Part shown: piece after piece, positions 42,716-56,322 of the stretch | Numbering within the stretch: the first letter of the stretch is position 1 | How the letters are laid out: each line of letters opens with the position of its first letter | Assembly (NCBI GenBank): GCA_964016885.1 | Contig: OZ024757.1 | Span: 40,734,001 to 40,798,000, forward strand | Direction: 5' to 3' | Source of the DNA: Eledone cirrhosa | Lineage: Eukaryota | Length of the DNA stretch: 64,000 nt | Position numbers and translations under genes: made by a program | Notes under the pieces: generated by a model | What the model saw: the letters and a program-made list of their open reading frames with translations, nothing else | Database searches by the model: none | Told to the model about the DNA's origin: nothing

Positions 42716-43702
42716 TTCAGCTGTTCTAGGATGGGGTTGTATCTTTAATGAGGTTTCACGGGTGTATTAAAGATAGGGCTTCAGTTTTTTCGCGAAGTGC
42801 AACGTGAAATAAAGTGTTTTGCTTATTAACAGTGTGTTGCATGGTTTAGGAATAGAACTCATGCACACACACACACACGCACTTGTATGTATATATATAT
42901 CCGTGTATGTGTGTGCGTGTGTGTGGGTGGGTAGGCGCTTGATACAAAAACCAAAAATGTAAATGCAAATAGAGTAAACATTCTTAGAGCTACTCCTAAT
43001 TAGCTAGAAAATGTATTTTATAAATGTTGCTTTTCTTTAATCTAATATTAATCAGAATGACATAGATTATATTGGATTAAGTACACATCACTCTCTATTT
43101 AGATATAACTAACATAATTACACTTTCAGTAATTCACAGTCAAGCATTCCTGATTACACAAAGTAGTGTAAAATTTTGACTTGACATAAAATAACTAACT
43201 TAAAATATATGAAAGGCGCCGTTTAGACACATTCTAACCGAAGCAGAGGAGCAAAATGCCGCATTCTATTCATAATAGCGAAGAATTTTATCATATTTAA
43301 ATAGCACTCTAAAATATGTTTCATGGATCAATTTTCAGCAAAATACACTATATTGCAAAATACACTATATATACATTCATATATATATATATCGCTATTT
43401 CAGAGCGCCAATTCTAATTTTCAATTTCTGCTTGACCAGCAACAGCTCTGTATAATCAGTTCCTGATTATTACTAGAATTCTATAAGAATCAAACATTCA
43501 TGATTTTCAGCAAACAGGTGGAGTACTTAGCTTTGATAAGTACCAAAAAGTACGAAACAGAGCTCTGTCAGCTTTATCTCCCCTTGTTTCCTGAAAATTT
43601 AAAGTAAGTGAGACTGTCACTACTCTAAAACAATAGCGTAAGGTCTTCGAAATTCTTTTAATTAAGCATACAGTGTATTGCAAAATACACTATATATACA
43701 TT

Positions 43703-43735
<33 letters not shown>

Positions 43736-43766
43736 GTGTATATAAATATATATATATATAGATGTG

Positions 43767-43803
<37 letters not shown>

Positions 43804-43881
43804 ATGTATATATATATAATTATATATATACATATATATATAAATATATATATATACATATATATAAATATTTATATACAC

Positions 43882-43915
<34 letters not shown>

Positions 43916-44248
43916 TTATACACACACACATATATATGTATATACATGCATATAGGCTCAAATAAAAGAAACAAATTATATTTATCCCGAGGCAAACATT
44001 TCGTCTGCTATTATGGAAAAATAAAAGATGAAAGAATATCCATAAGTGTGCGTTGGCGCAGGTCGTGTCAGATATTCCGGAAAAAAAATGCGTCTTCTCC
44101 ATTAATCGAAATTTAATATCAAAACGAAAGAATGTCCCAACGTCTTACGTAAGATTTGAATTCTTGCCAAAATAATCAAAATTTTGCATGGAAAGCAATA
44201 TTTCATGTATTTCGTCTGCCTTTTATATATATATATATATATATATGA

Positions 44249-44350
<102 letters not shown>

Positions 44351-44426
44351 ATGTATATATATATATATATATATTGTTATACTTAGGCAGGGTCATGTTG
44401 CCAATATATATATATATATACGTGTC

Positions 44427-44483
<57 letters not shown>

Positions 44484-44595
44484 GGAGTGTAACTTGGAGT
44501 TACTGTAGGTTAACCCGGGTGAGCACTCGATGTTTAGATTCACTTCAGTGTCGTGGTGTAGAGCTAGACAGAGTGTATTATAGTAAAATACAAGG

Positions 44596-44690
44596 GGTCT
44601 GACAACCCGCAAATTACAGAGTCGGCTCAGATCGATACAGATTGAACCTTGAGCTGATAAGTGCCGAAACGCGCGTCACCAACCAATAAA
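44596..44690 (+). ncRNA. Hammerhead with extended stem II (core CTGACAA), followed by AATAAA
   Basis: GGT-CTGACAA...GTCGGCTCA/TGAGCTGAT...GAAAC-GCGC-GTC-ACC. Confidence 0.6.
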
Positions 44691-44730
44691 CGTAATGAAG
44701 GAGTAACCTATCGCCCTTGTTATTTTATGT

Positions 44731-44782
<52 letters not shown>

Positions 44783-44786
<4 letters not shown>

Positions 44787-44990
44787 CAAAGAGAGTGTGG
44801 TAAGATACCAAGTGGACCATAACTCACCAGAGTACTCGATACTTAGTGTAGTAGAGTGGGTGATAGGAAAAGAGTCAGGACCCCGACGGCTGAGGTCCGG
44901 CCGTTTCAACAACTGGATCCGAACTAACCCACCAGTTTTTAGCACGGCGGGGATTTAGCTGAACTTATCACGGAGTACAGTCCTTATATG
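44783..44990 (-). mobile_element. Longest family A fragment, with a full but degenerate hammerhead (44880-44975)
   Basis: Minus strand reads ACTCC-GTGATAA-long stem II-GAAACGGC...GCCGTC-GGGGT, then the family A tail into (TA)n. Confidence 0.65.
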
Positions 44991-45098
44991 GGCATGGAGT
45001 CAAAACAAAATAAGCAGAAGTATTAAATCAAACAATCGTATATATATATTTATATATATATATATTTATATTTATATATATATATATATATTTATTTA

Positions 45099-45191
<93 letters not shown>

Positions 45192-45394
45192 GTGTGTGTG
45201 TGTGAATATATATATTGTCAGATTCTTCCTGTATATACTTTTATTTCTCATTCTCTCTTTCGACGTTGGATTAACGTCCGAAACGTTAATGCTCTTTTCC
45301 TAGTATACCAAGAGTTAAACTACTAGATAACTTCGTCATACTGTATTATTAAAAACTTCTTTTCGCATACATACGTGTATTTGTGTGGTGCGTG

Positions 45395-45425
<31 letters not shown>

Positions 45426-45615
45426 GTAGATAAATCTACCAAGAGTTTACGGTAGTGTCCAATCCGTATGAAGAACTCAATATATTCCGGATATCATGGA
45501 AAGAAGAGATGTAATGAAAATCCAATTTCGGTGAAAGATAAACGATATACAGAGTCAAGATAAAATATTAAACAAATAATGAACAAACAATTCCTTATAT
45601 TAAACAAAAAAAGTT

Positions 45616-45766
45616 CACTATTTAACGATCGTTTCTAGGGCATATATGTGTTATAATTGATATGCATATTTAACAGATCTATGTACAAAATTATACAAAA
45701 TTATACAAATTATCAAGATTAAATATACATACCTAACTCATATATACGCCGTCTTCAGAAATAATG
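45616..45766 (-). ncRNA. Type I hammerhead ribozyme with ~115-nt stem II (left copy)
   Basis: Mirror of 54449-54599 with one substitution. Confidence 0.78.
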
Positions 45767-46537
45767 AAGTATATTTATTGATAATAACAACAATTCAAAA
45801 TATCAGTTCAAAATTGACCAATGAAAACACAAAGGGTTAAAAAGCAGTTTGGTGTGTGTATATACATGTAAAACCCCACACACATTTTACAATAATGTGT
45901 GTATAATCTGTATGTGCATACTAAAAAGATGGATGCAAATAAAAAATTTCAAGGTTAATATCTCTGTAAGCTTAATGCGCTGATAAGATACGCAATGATA
46001 CTTATGGAGTCAAGCATATAAATATATTTTTTTCATACTCACACATATCAGTATAATCACACATACATGTGCGTATATATATAAATATACACATAACCAC
46101 AAACACACAAACACACACACTCCCCCACTCACATTTATATATGTGGATATAAAATCATAAGCAAATAGAAATTAAGTCACTCACATAAACACACTGGTAC
46201 ACACATTTCAAGATCAAGATACAGAAATTAGGTGGGAGGGGGGGGGAGGGGTCAGTATTAGACTGTCAGACCAGACAACCTTAATATAAATGTATCTATA
46301 AATTATGAAAAATAAAAAAATAAAAACAATAAAGTATAATACATATAATATAATGTACGTACGCATACAGATATACATACACATACATACATGTACGCGC
46401 ACATAGAGATATCTATACATACATACATACACACATACCTATACTGTCATACACACACATACATTTACACGAACTTACACATACACATATAAAAAGATAT
46501 AAATACGGACACACACACGCGCAACACATACATACAT

Positions 46538-46588
<51 letters not shown>

Positions 46589-46697
46589 TATACACACACA
46601 CGTAGACTCATATATATATACATACACATACATACATTTATACACAAACATATATATCCCACACTCATACCACCATAAAAACACATACAAACATCCA

Positions 46698-46748
<51 letters not shown>

Positions 46749-46969
46749 ACATACACACACGTACACACATATGTATATATACATACATATATACACACAT
46801 ACACATATATATATATCCACACACACACATAAAATACGGACATGCACATATATATATATATATATATATATATTTCATTACTCTTATATATACACACAGT
46901 ATATATACATACACAACCTCACTTATACACATATACACATAAGTTATATTACAATAATAATAAAGAATA

Positions 46970-47000
<31 letters not shown>

Positions 47001-47149
47001 CATATATATACACACATATACACATATACATACACACACATACACATACATACATACATACACATACATACATACACCTAAATATAAACATATATAAATA
47101 CACACATACGAATAAAGACATATATTCACACATAGACACCTATATACAC

Positions 47150-47181
<32 letters not shown>

Positions 47182-47211
47182 CAATATACACACACATACA
47201 CATACATACAC

Positions 47212-47249
<38 letters not shown>

Positions 47250-47278
47250 GCACACACATACAGACACACATACACACT

Positions 47279-47309
<31 letters not shown>

Positions 47310-49037
47310 GTGTATGTGAGTGTGCGCCAATACATATATATACATATATACACACACACATACAAACACACACAAACTCATACATATGCATACGCACACA
47401 CACACACACATATACCACATAGATACGAAGATAAACATATAAATAGAGAGACATACAAATATATACAGAACCCATATACACATACATACAAACACGCATA
47501 TACATATATATACATATATACACACATATATATTCCTATATACAAGCATACACATACACACACATATATACATATACATACACATATACATATCACACAT
47601 TCACATACACGTACATATATAATACATATATATACATACATATACATATATATGTATGTACAATCATATACACACTCAATCTTACATTCATATTTACATG
47701 CTCATATATGTATTTTTATATTTAGAAATAAATACCAAAAAAAAACTATATAGACACCCATCTACATATATATTCATACATATACACTTACAAAAACAGA
47801 TGATAATAGTATGGGGGAAAGGGGGGGTTTGGAGAAGGGGATCAAAATAAATATATGTTTCAAGAAACATATAATATTTTCCATATCTTAATTCAATGTA
47901 TGTTCCTAACATATTTTCAGTGCTAGGAAATACGAAATCTATGCATCACAAAATAAAAAAAGTATACTATTAATCATATGTCAACTAAACCAAAGATAGT
48001 CAACATATTGATTTCCAAGGTGTAAATTAGTTAGGTTTATAATATTTGAGGCAGAATTATGAAGTCAAACAGTAGTAGATTATTAATTACATTATAACTA
48101 AATTAAAGTTAATAACGTTATGGTATCAATATTAGGAGATGAATAGGGAAAAGAAACCCAAATAAAAATAAAAATAAAATAAAGTATTACATCGGTAGTA
48201 GCATATAAATTATATGTTAACTAAGTTAAAAATTATATATTTATTTCAATAGTATATGTTAATTAGTATATGTTAATTAGGTATACAATATATAAAGCAG
48301 ATATTGTATTTCATCAATAGCATAATATAATTATATGCAAATAAAAATCAAAATTAATACGCACACATATACATATACATACACATACACATACCTATAC
48401 ATATACATACACATATATATATATATATATACATATATATACACATACATACATATATAGTCACATAAATATACATACAGATACACATACAACACACACA
48501 TATACATATACATATAGATATACATATCTTTTTCAAAAAATTTGCACAGAATATATTAACTAGGTATATATCCAAAAACACCTCCCATTCTATGATTACA
48601 TGACATTCTGCAATTTGTCTGTACAATGATACTAATTTTAAGCAAATTAAAGTTAAAATTAAAGTTTTAGGTTGATTAAAGCTAAAACCAAATAATAAAT
48701 ATATTTCCAAAATGTATATTAATTAGGTCAATAATACTAAAAATTCTTTCTCCGTCATAGGATACATGATATTATTTTGTTATATTTTATCTGTAAAAGA
48801 ATTATAATAAAAAAAATTATAATAAAAGGTTAAACTAAATTAAAAAATTATAATAAAAGGTTAAAATAAGTTAAAATTAATCTATAAATTAAATTACTGA
48901 ATATATATTAGTAATATTTAAAGGTTTTTCAAAATTAATGATTACATAATATTTTCTCATCTGTAATAAAATATTAATTAAATTAAATTTATAGGTTAAC
49001 TAACATTTAAATTAAATTAAATTCTAGAATAATGTTA

Positions 49038-50413
49038 TTAATTAGGTTTATAATATTTAAATGTTTTTTTTAGTTTATGATTACACGATATAATTAATTC
49101 CTGTCTTTTATTTAATAAGATATCCCTAGACTTCATTATTTCAAATAGTTCTTGGGAACATAATCTACATTCCTTTCTATTATTTTGATAAGGGGTGGCT
49201 CTTTTGAGCACACTCCAGGTCAAATCATATTTTATATTTTTATTTTTATAACTATTGATTTTTTCTGCTAGAGATGTTGTATTAGCCAGTGCGGCATTTT
49301 TAAAGCTATGTTTGTGGGTATTATATCTTGTCTTAAAATTGTTAGAGGTAGCTCCTATATATGAGCAAATAGAATCTTTAGTTTTAACATTACATTTATA
49401 GACTATGTTGTTAACAAGACAATTCCCTTTTAATGGGCAGTTTGTTTTGTTTCTACAGTTACATCCTTTCGTTAATTCTGTATTTGAGGAGATATTATTG
49501 TTAATTTGATGTACTGGTGGTATACTTATAGTTTTCTTACATTTATATGCATTATATGCACTTATATTTTGTTTTATGTTATTTGTTGTAGAATATGAGA
49601 ATTTAACTGTAGACCTATTTAAGATTTGATGGTATTTGTGGTTTGGCGGGAAGTTTTTCTCAAGGATATAAAAAAATTTTTTAGCAATATTATCCTTAAC
49701 TTGTAAATTAAAAGGAGCATTATACCAAGTAACTCGTCTATTACGGTTTCTATGTTGTTTATTATTTTTATTATTTTTATATGTTGTATCATGATTTTTA
49801 CTAGGAGGAATAATGTTAATGATCTCACCATAACTATTTTTAGTTATATTTGTAGATTTAGGTGTTTTATCTTTTTTATTAGGAGTTTTATTATTAATAT
49901 TTATTATAGTCTTATGATGAGTAGTTTTTTGAGGGTTACTATACTTTATATTAAAAGATTTAGTATTTTGGGGTATACTGTGGGTGGCATTTAGGTGTAT
50001 ACTTTTCATTTGGTGTTTGTTGGTAATATTATGCTGTATGCTTTCAGTATTTTTAGTAGAAGGTATATACTCTAATCTATTTTTGTGGCCACTTCTATCT
50101 AGAGCTTCATTATAAAAGGTCGCATTTTTATCAAATACATCTTGGTTAGAAGAAAGGTTAGAAATTCTAAGTGATATATTATATGCAAGGTTTTTAAGGA
50201 TAGATTTAGGGTGATTAGATTGTGAGTGTATGTAATGTAAGTTTTGGTTAGGTTTATGGTAAGGTTGGTATATACCCGTAGCTAAATCTAAAGTTATATC
50301 TAGGAAATTTACTACTTTACTTGTTTTTTCAAAAGTAATATTAAGATTATAATAGTCTTTAAGGAAAGTTCTAATATGCTTTTTGTTTTTTTCGATTTCT
50401 GAAAGGCTAAGGT
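49038..50413 (-). CDS. Partial Penelope-like polyprotein: RT C-terminus/thumb, linker and GIY-YIG endonuclease
   Basis: VNFLDITL, YHKPN, YIHSQSNHP, RRVTWYNAPF, CNCx5CPLxGxC, VYKC...YIGAT...FKTRYNTHKHSF, CRLC. The frame is uninterrupted. The first ~13 aa of the listed ORF come from the inverted arm. Confidence 0.9.
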
Positions 50414-50414
50414 T

Positions 50415-51167
50415 GATACAACATATAAAAATAATAAAAATAATAAACAACATAGAAACCGTAATAGACGAGTTACTTGGTATAATGCTCCTTTTAATTT
50501 ACAAGTTAAGGATAATATTGCTAAAAAATTTTTTTATATCCTTGAGAAAAACTTCCCGCCAAACCACAAATACCATCAAATCTTAAATAGGTCTACAGTT
50601 AAATTCTCATATTCTACAACAAATAACATAAAACAAAATATAAGTGCATATAATGCATATAAATGTAAGAAAACTATAAGTATACCACCAGTACATCAAA
50701 TTAACAATAATATCTCCTCAAATACAGAATTAACGAAAGGATGTAACTGTAGAAACAAAACAAACTGCCCATTAAAAGGGAATTGTCTTGTTAACAACAT
50801 AGTCTATAAATGTAATGTTAAAACTAAAGATTCTATTTGCTCATATATAGGAGCTACCTCTAACAATTTTAAGACAAGATATAATACCCACAAACATAGC
50901 TTTAAAAATGCCGCACTGGCTAATACAACATCTCTAGCAGAAAAAATCAATAGTTATAAAAATAAAAATATAAAATATGATTTGACCTGGAGTGTGCTCA
51001 AAAGAGCCACCCCTTATCAAAATAATAGAAAGGAATGTAGATTATGTTCCCAAGAACTATTTGAAATAATGAAGTCTAGGGATATCTTATTAAATAAAAG
51101 ACAGGAATTAATTATATCGTGTAATCATAAACTAAAAAAAACATTTAAATATTATAAACCTAATTAA
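50415..51167 (+). CDS. Partial Penelope-like linker plus GIY-YIG endonuclease (no start codon)
   Basis: DTTYKNNKNNKQHRNR...YIGAT...KYYKPN*, the mirror of 49038-49790. Confidence 0.85.
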   Translation, partial: DTTYKNNKNNKQHRNRNRRVTWYNAPFNLQVKDNIAKKFFYILEKNFPPNHKYHQILNRSTVKFSYSTTNNIKQNISAYNAYKCKKTISIPPVHQINNNISSNTELTKGCNCRNKTNCPLKGNCLVNNIVYKCNVKTKDSICSYIGATSNNFKTRYNTHKHSFKNAALANTTSLAEKINSYKNKNIKYDLTWSVLKRATPYQNNRKECRLCSQELFEIMKSRDILLNKRQELIISCNHKLKKTFKYYKPN

Positions 51168-52905
51168 TAACATTATTCTAGAATTTAATTTAATTTAAAT
51201 GTTAGTTAACCTATAAATTTAATTTAATTAATATTTTATTACAGATGAGAAAATATTATGTAATCATTAATTTTGAAAAACCTTTAAATATTACTAATAT
51301 ATATTCAGTAATTTAATTTATAGATTAATTTTAACTTATTTTAACCTTTTATTATAATTTTTTAATTTAGTTTAACCTTTTATTATAATTTTTTTTATTA
51401 TAATTCTTTTACAGATAAAATATAACAAAATAATATCATGTATCCTATGACGGAGAAAGAATTTTTAGTATTATTGACCTAATTAATATACATTTTGGAA
51501 ATATATTTATTATTTGGTTTTAGCTTTAATCAACCTAAAACTTTAATTTTAACTTTAATTTGCTTAAAATTAGTATCATTGTACAGACAAATTGCAGAAT
51601 GTCATGTAATCATAGAATGGGAGGTGTTTTTGGATATATACCTAGTTAATATATTCTGTGCAAATTTTTTGAAAAAGATATGTATATCTATATGTATATG
51701 TATATGTGTGTGTTGTATGTGTATCTGTATGTATATTTATGTGACTATATATGTATGTATGTGTATATATATGTATATATATATATATATATGTGTATGT
51801 ATATGTATAGGTATGTGTATGTGTATGTATATGTATATGTGTGCGTATTAATTTTGATTTTTATTTGCATATAATTATATTATGCTATTGATGAAATACA
51901 ATATCTGCTTTATATATTGTATACCTAATTAACATATACTAATTAACATATACTATTGAAATAAATATATAATTTTTAACTTAGTTAACATATAATTTAT
52001 ATGCTACTACCGATGTAATACTTTATTTTATTTTTATTTTTATTTGGGTTTCTTTTCCCTATTCATCTCCTAATATTGATACCATAACGTTATTAACTTT
52101 AATTTAGTTATAATGTAATTAATAATCTACTACTGTTTGACTTCATAATTCTGCCTCAAATATTATAAACCTAACTAATTTACACCTTGGAAATCAATAT
52201 GTTGACTATCTTTGGTTTAGTTGACATATGATTAATAGTATACTTTTTTTATTTTGTGATGCATAGATTTCGTATTTCCTAGCACTGAAAATATGTTAGG
52301 AACATACATTGAATTAAGATATGGAAAATATTATATGTTTCTTGAAACATATATTTATTTTGATCCCCTTCTCCAAACCCCCCCTTTCCCCCATACTATT
52401 ATCATCTGTTTTTGTAAGTGTATATGTATGAATATATATGTAGATGGGTGTCTATATAGTTTTTTTTTTTTTTTTTTTGGTATTTATTTCTAAATATAAA
52501 AATACATATATGAGCATGTAAATATGAATGTAAGATTGAGTGTGTATATGATTGTACATACATATATATGTATATGTATGTATATATATGTATTATATAT
52601 GTACGTGTATGTGAATGTGTGATATGTATATGTGTATGTATATGTATATATGTGTGTGTATGTGTATGCTTGTATATAGGAATATATATGTGTGTATATA
52701 TGTATATATATGTATATGCGTGTTTGTATGTATGTGTATATGGGTTCTGTATATATTTGTATGTCTCTCTATTTATATGTTTATCTTCGTATCTATGTGG
52801 TATATGTGTGTGTGTGTGTGCGTATGCATATGTATGAGTTTGTGTGTGTTTGTATGTGTGTGTGTATATATGTATATATATGTATTGGCGCACACTCACA
52901 TACAC

Positions 52906-52936
<31 letters not shown>

Positions 52937-52965
52937 AGTGTGTATGTGTGTCTGTATGTGTGTGC

Positions 52966-53003
<38 letters not shown>

Positions 53004-53033
53004 GTGTATGTATGTGTATGTGTGTGTATATTG

Positions 53034-53065
<32 letters not shown>

Positions 53066-53214
53066 GTGTATATAGGTGTCTATGTGTGAATATATGTCTT
53101 TATTCGTATGTGTGTATTTATATATGTTTATATTTAGGTGTATGTATGTATGTGTATGTATGTATGTATGTGTATGTGTGTGTATGTATATGTGTATATG
53201 TGTGTATATATATG

Positions 53215-53245
<31 letters not shown>

Positions 53246-53466
53246 TATTCTTTATTATTATTGTAATATAACTTATGTGTATATGTGTATAAGTGAGGTT
53301 GTGTATGTATATATACTGTGTGTATATATAAGAGTAATGAAATATATATATATATATATATATATATGTGCATGTCCGTATTTTATGTGTGTGTGTGGAT
53401 ATATATATATGTGTATGTGTGTATATATGTATGTATATATACATATGTGTGTACGTGTGTGTATGT

Positions 53467-53517
<51 letters not shown>

Positions 53518-53626
53518 TGGATGTTTGTATGTGTTTTTATGGTGGTATGAGTGTGGGATATATATGTTTGTGTATAAATGTATGTATGTGTATGTATATA
53601 TATATGAGTCTACGTGTGTGTGTATA

Positions 53627-53677
<51 letters not shown>

Positions 53678-54448
53678 ATGTATGTATGTGTTGCGCGTGT
53701 GTGTGTCCGTATTTATATCTTTTTATATGTGTATGTGTAAGTTCGTGTAAATGTATGTGTGTGTATGACAGTATAGGTATGTGTGTATGTATGTATGTAT
53801 AGATATCTCTATGTGCGCGTACATGTATGTATGTGTATGTATATCTGTATGCGTACGTACATTATATTATATGTATTATACTTTATTGTTTTTATTTTTT
53901 TATTTTTCATAATTTATAGATACATTTATATTAAGGTTGTCTGGTCTGACAGTCTAATACTGACCCCTCCCCCCCCCTCCCACCTAATTTCTGTATCTTG
54001 ATCTTGAAATGTGTGTACCAGTGTGTTTATGTGAGTGACTTAATTTCTATTTGCTTATGATTTTATATCCACATATATAAATGTGAGTGGGGGAGTGTGT
54101 GTGTTTGTGTGTTTGTGGTTATGTGTATATTTATATATATACGCACATGTATGTGTGATTATACTGATATGTGTGAGTATGAAAAAAATATATTTATATG
54201 CTTGACTCCATAAGTATCATTGCGTATCTTATCAGCGCATTAAGCTTACAGAGATATTAACCTTGAAATTTTTTATTTGCATCCATCTTTTTAGTATGCA
54301 CATACAGATTATACACACATTATTGTAAAATGTGTGTGGGGTTTTACATGTATATACACACACCAAACTGCTTTTTAACCCTTTGTGTTTTCATTGGTCA
54401 ATTTTGAACTGATATTTTGAATTGTTGTTATTATCAATAAATATACTT

Positions 54449-54599
54449 CATTATTTCTGAAGACGGCGTATATATGAGTTAGGTATGTATATTTAATCTT
54501 GATAATTTGTATAATTTTGTATAATTTTGTACATAGATCTGTTAAATATGCATACCAATTATAACACATATATGCCCTAGAAACGATCGTTAAATAGTG
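54449..54599 (+). ncRNA. Type I hammerhead ribozyme with ~115-nt stem II (right copy)
   Basis: CATTATTT-CTGAAGA-c-GGCGTATAT...ATATATGCC-cta-GAAAC-GATC-GTT-AAATAGTG. Confidence 0.8.
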
Positions 54600-54646
54600 A
54601 ACTTTTTTTGTTTAATATAAGGAATTATTTGTTCATTATTTGTTTA

Positions 54647-54686
<40 letters not shown>

Positions 54687-54734
54687 TAATATATGCATAT
54701 AGATATTTATTTACATTTATATATATATATTAAG

Positions 54735-54766
<32 letters not shown>

Positions 54767-55298
54767 GTGTGTGTGTGTATGTGTGTATTTCTGTGTGTGT
54801 GCGTCTGTACACGTCTGCTTGTGTATATGTGTGTTATATACTATGTACAATACACCGATATATTTTCATAGATATTTTCATAAATCTAGACAAGAGCAGA
54901 TAAACAAACATAGGATATATTAAACATGAAATATTATATAAAGAGATTGTAAAGACTGTAGAGAGGAGCAGGAAATGAATATTGTGTCCTCTCGATGAGA
55001 GATAAGTGAGCAGCTAGCTGTTATTTTCAATGAAAGATCTGTCAACGTCACAAGTAAACATAATGAAAGACGTCGACGTCGTTTATAGGGATTTTCAAAG
55101 GAAGAATGACAAATATGAATATTTATTCTATATTTATTCTACAGCTTCCGTAATATGCCTTCAAGTGGAGAATCAATGCATATCTTCACATGAATACACA
55201 CACACTTGTGTGTGTATGTGTATATATATAAAAATATATAAAATAAAGTACCAGTAATGCACTGGGGTAATTACTGGCCTTGTGCCAAAAGTAGAAAC

Positions 55299-55339
<41 letters not shown>

Positions 55340-55366
<27 letters not shown>

Positions 55367-55692
55367 CATATATATATAACATATATATATAACATATATA
55401 TATATATAACATATATATATATAACATATATATATATAACATATATATATAACATATATATATATAACATATATATATATAACATATATATAACATATAT
55501 ATATATAACATATATATATATAACATATATATATATAACATATATATATATATAACATATATATATATATAACATCTATAACATATATATATAACATATA
55601 TATATAACATATATATATATAACATATATATATAACATATATATATATATAACATATATAACATATATATAACATATATATAAACATATAAA
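55340..55692. repeat. AAC(AT)n minisatellite following a SINE family 1 3' fragment (55241-55300)
   Basis: Read directly from the sequence. Confidence 0.9.
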
Positions 55693-55976
55693 TGTGTATA
55701 TTCCTTTCCGTGAATCAATTTCTTTCTCTGTTTCTCATCTTTTCACTCTATTCGTGCTAAGACACCACGTCATCCTTTATTTCTCTTCAAATACCTCTAC
55801 TTCCTGTCCTCTAACTCACTATCTTTCTCTTTTTCTGCTAACTTTACTCCTTTCTGGTGAACGACAAACTTACGATACGTTGAAACATCATACTTTCCTT
55901 CACTGTAAAGCGTGCAACTAATAATATTTTATAATTATATATATAAACATATATATATATATATATATTTATGCAT

Positions 55977-56087
<111 letters not shown>

Positions 56088-56174
56088 TATTACACAAATA
56101 GAAGTGTGTTACACAGTGAGATGTGTGTAAAGAATTATTACAAGTGACGAATACTCTTAATTCCGATCCTAGTA

Positions 56175-56232
<58 letters not shown>

Positions 56233-56322
56233 CTTTGACTTTGAATAACTTTGAAATGTTTTGGCCAGTATTGGCCCAGGCCATGTCTAACTTAATAGCA
56301 CCACCTGGCGAAGTCTTTCAAT

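Larger units (their letters stand above)
45425..50413 (-). mobile_element. 5'-truncated Penelope-like element (Naiad-type), left copy
   Basis: RT C-terminus plus GIY-YIG ORF, long 3' UTR, hammerhead at 45616-45766, 3' end in (TA)n. Confidence 0.92.
50414..54655 (+). mobile_element. 5'-truncated Penelope-like element, right inverted copy
   Basis: Reverse complement of 45560-49791 with very few differences. Ends in (TA)n. Confidence 0.93.

Noticed and set aside
49038-51167. Selenoprotein-type Naiad (UGA-encoded Sec)
   Set aside because: The visible ORF has no in-frame TGA and all motif cysteines are TGT/TGC. The missing 5' part cannot be assessed.
45560-54655. DNA transposon with giant terminal inverted repeats (Foldback or Polinton type)
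   Set aside because: The arms encode Penelope-type GIY-YIG and RT sequence, there is no transposase, integrase or polymerase, and the arm ends are unequal.
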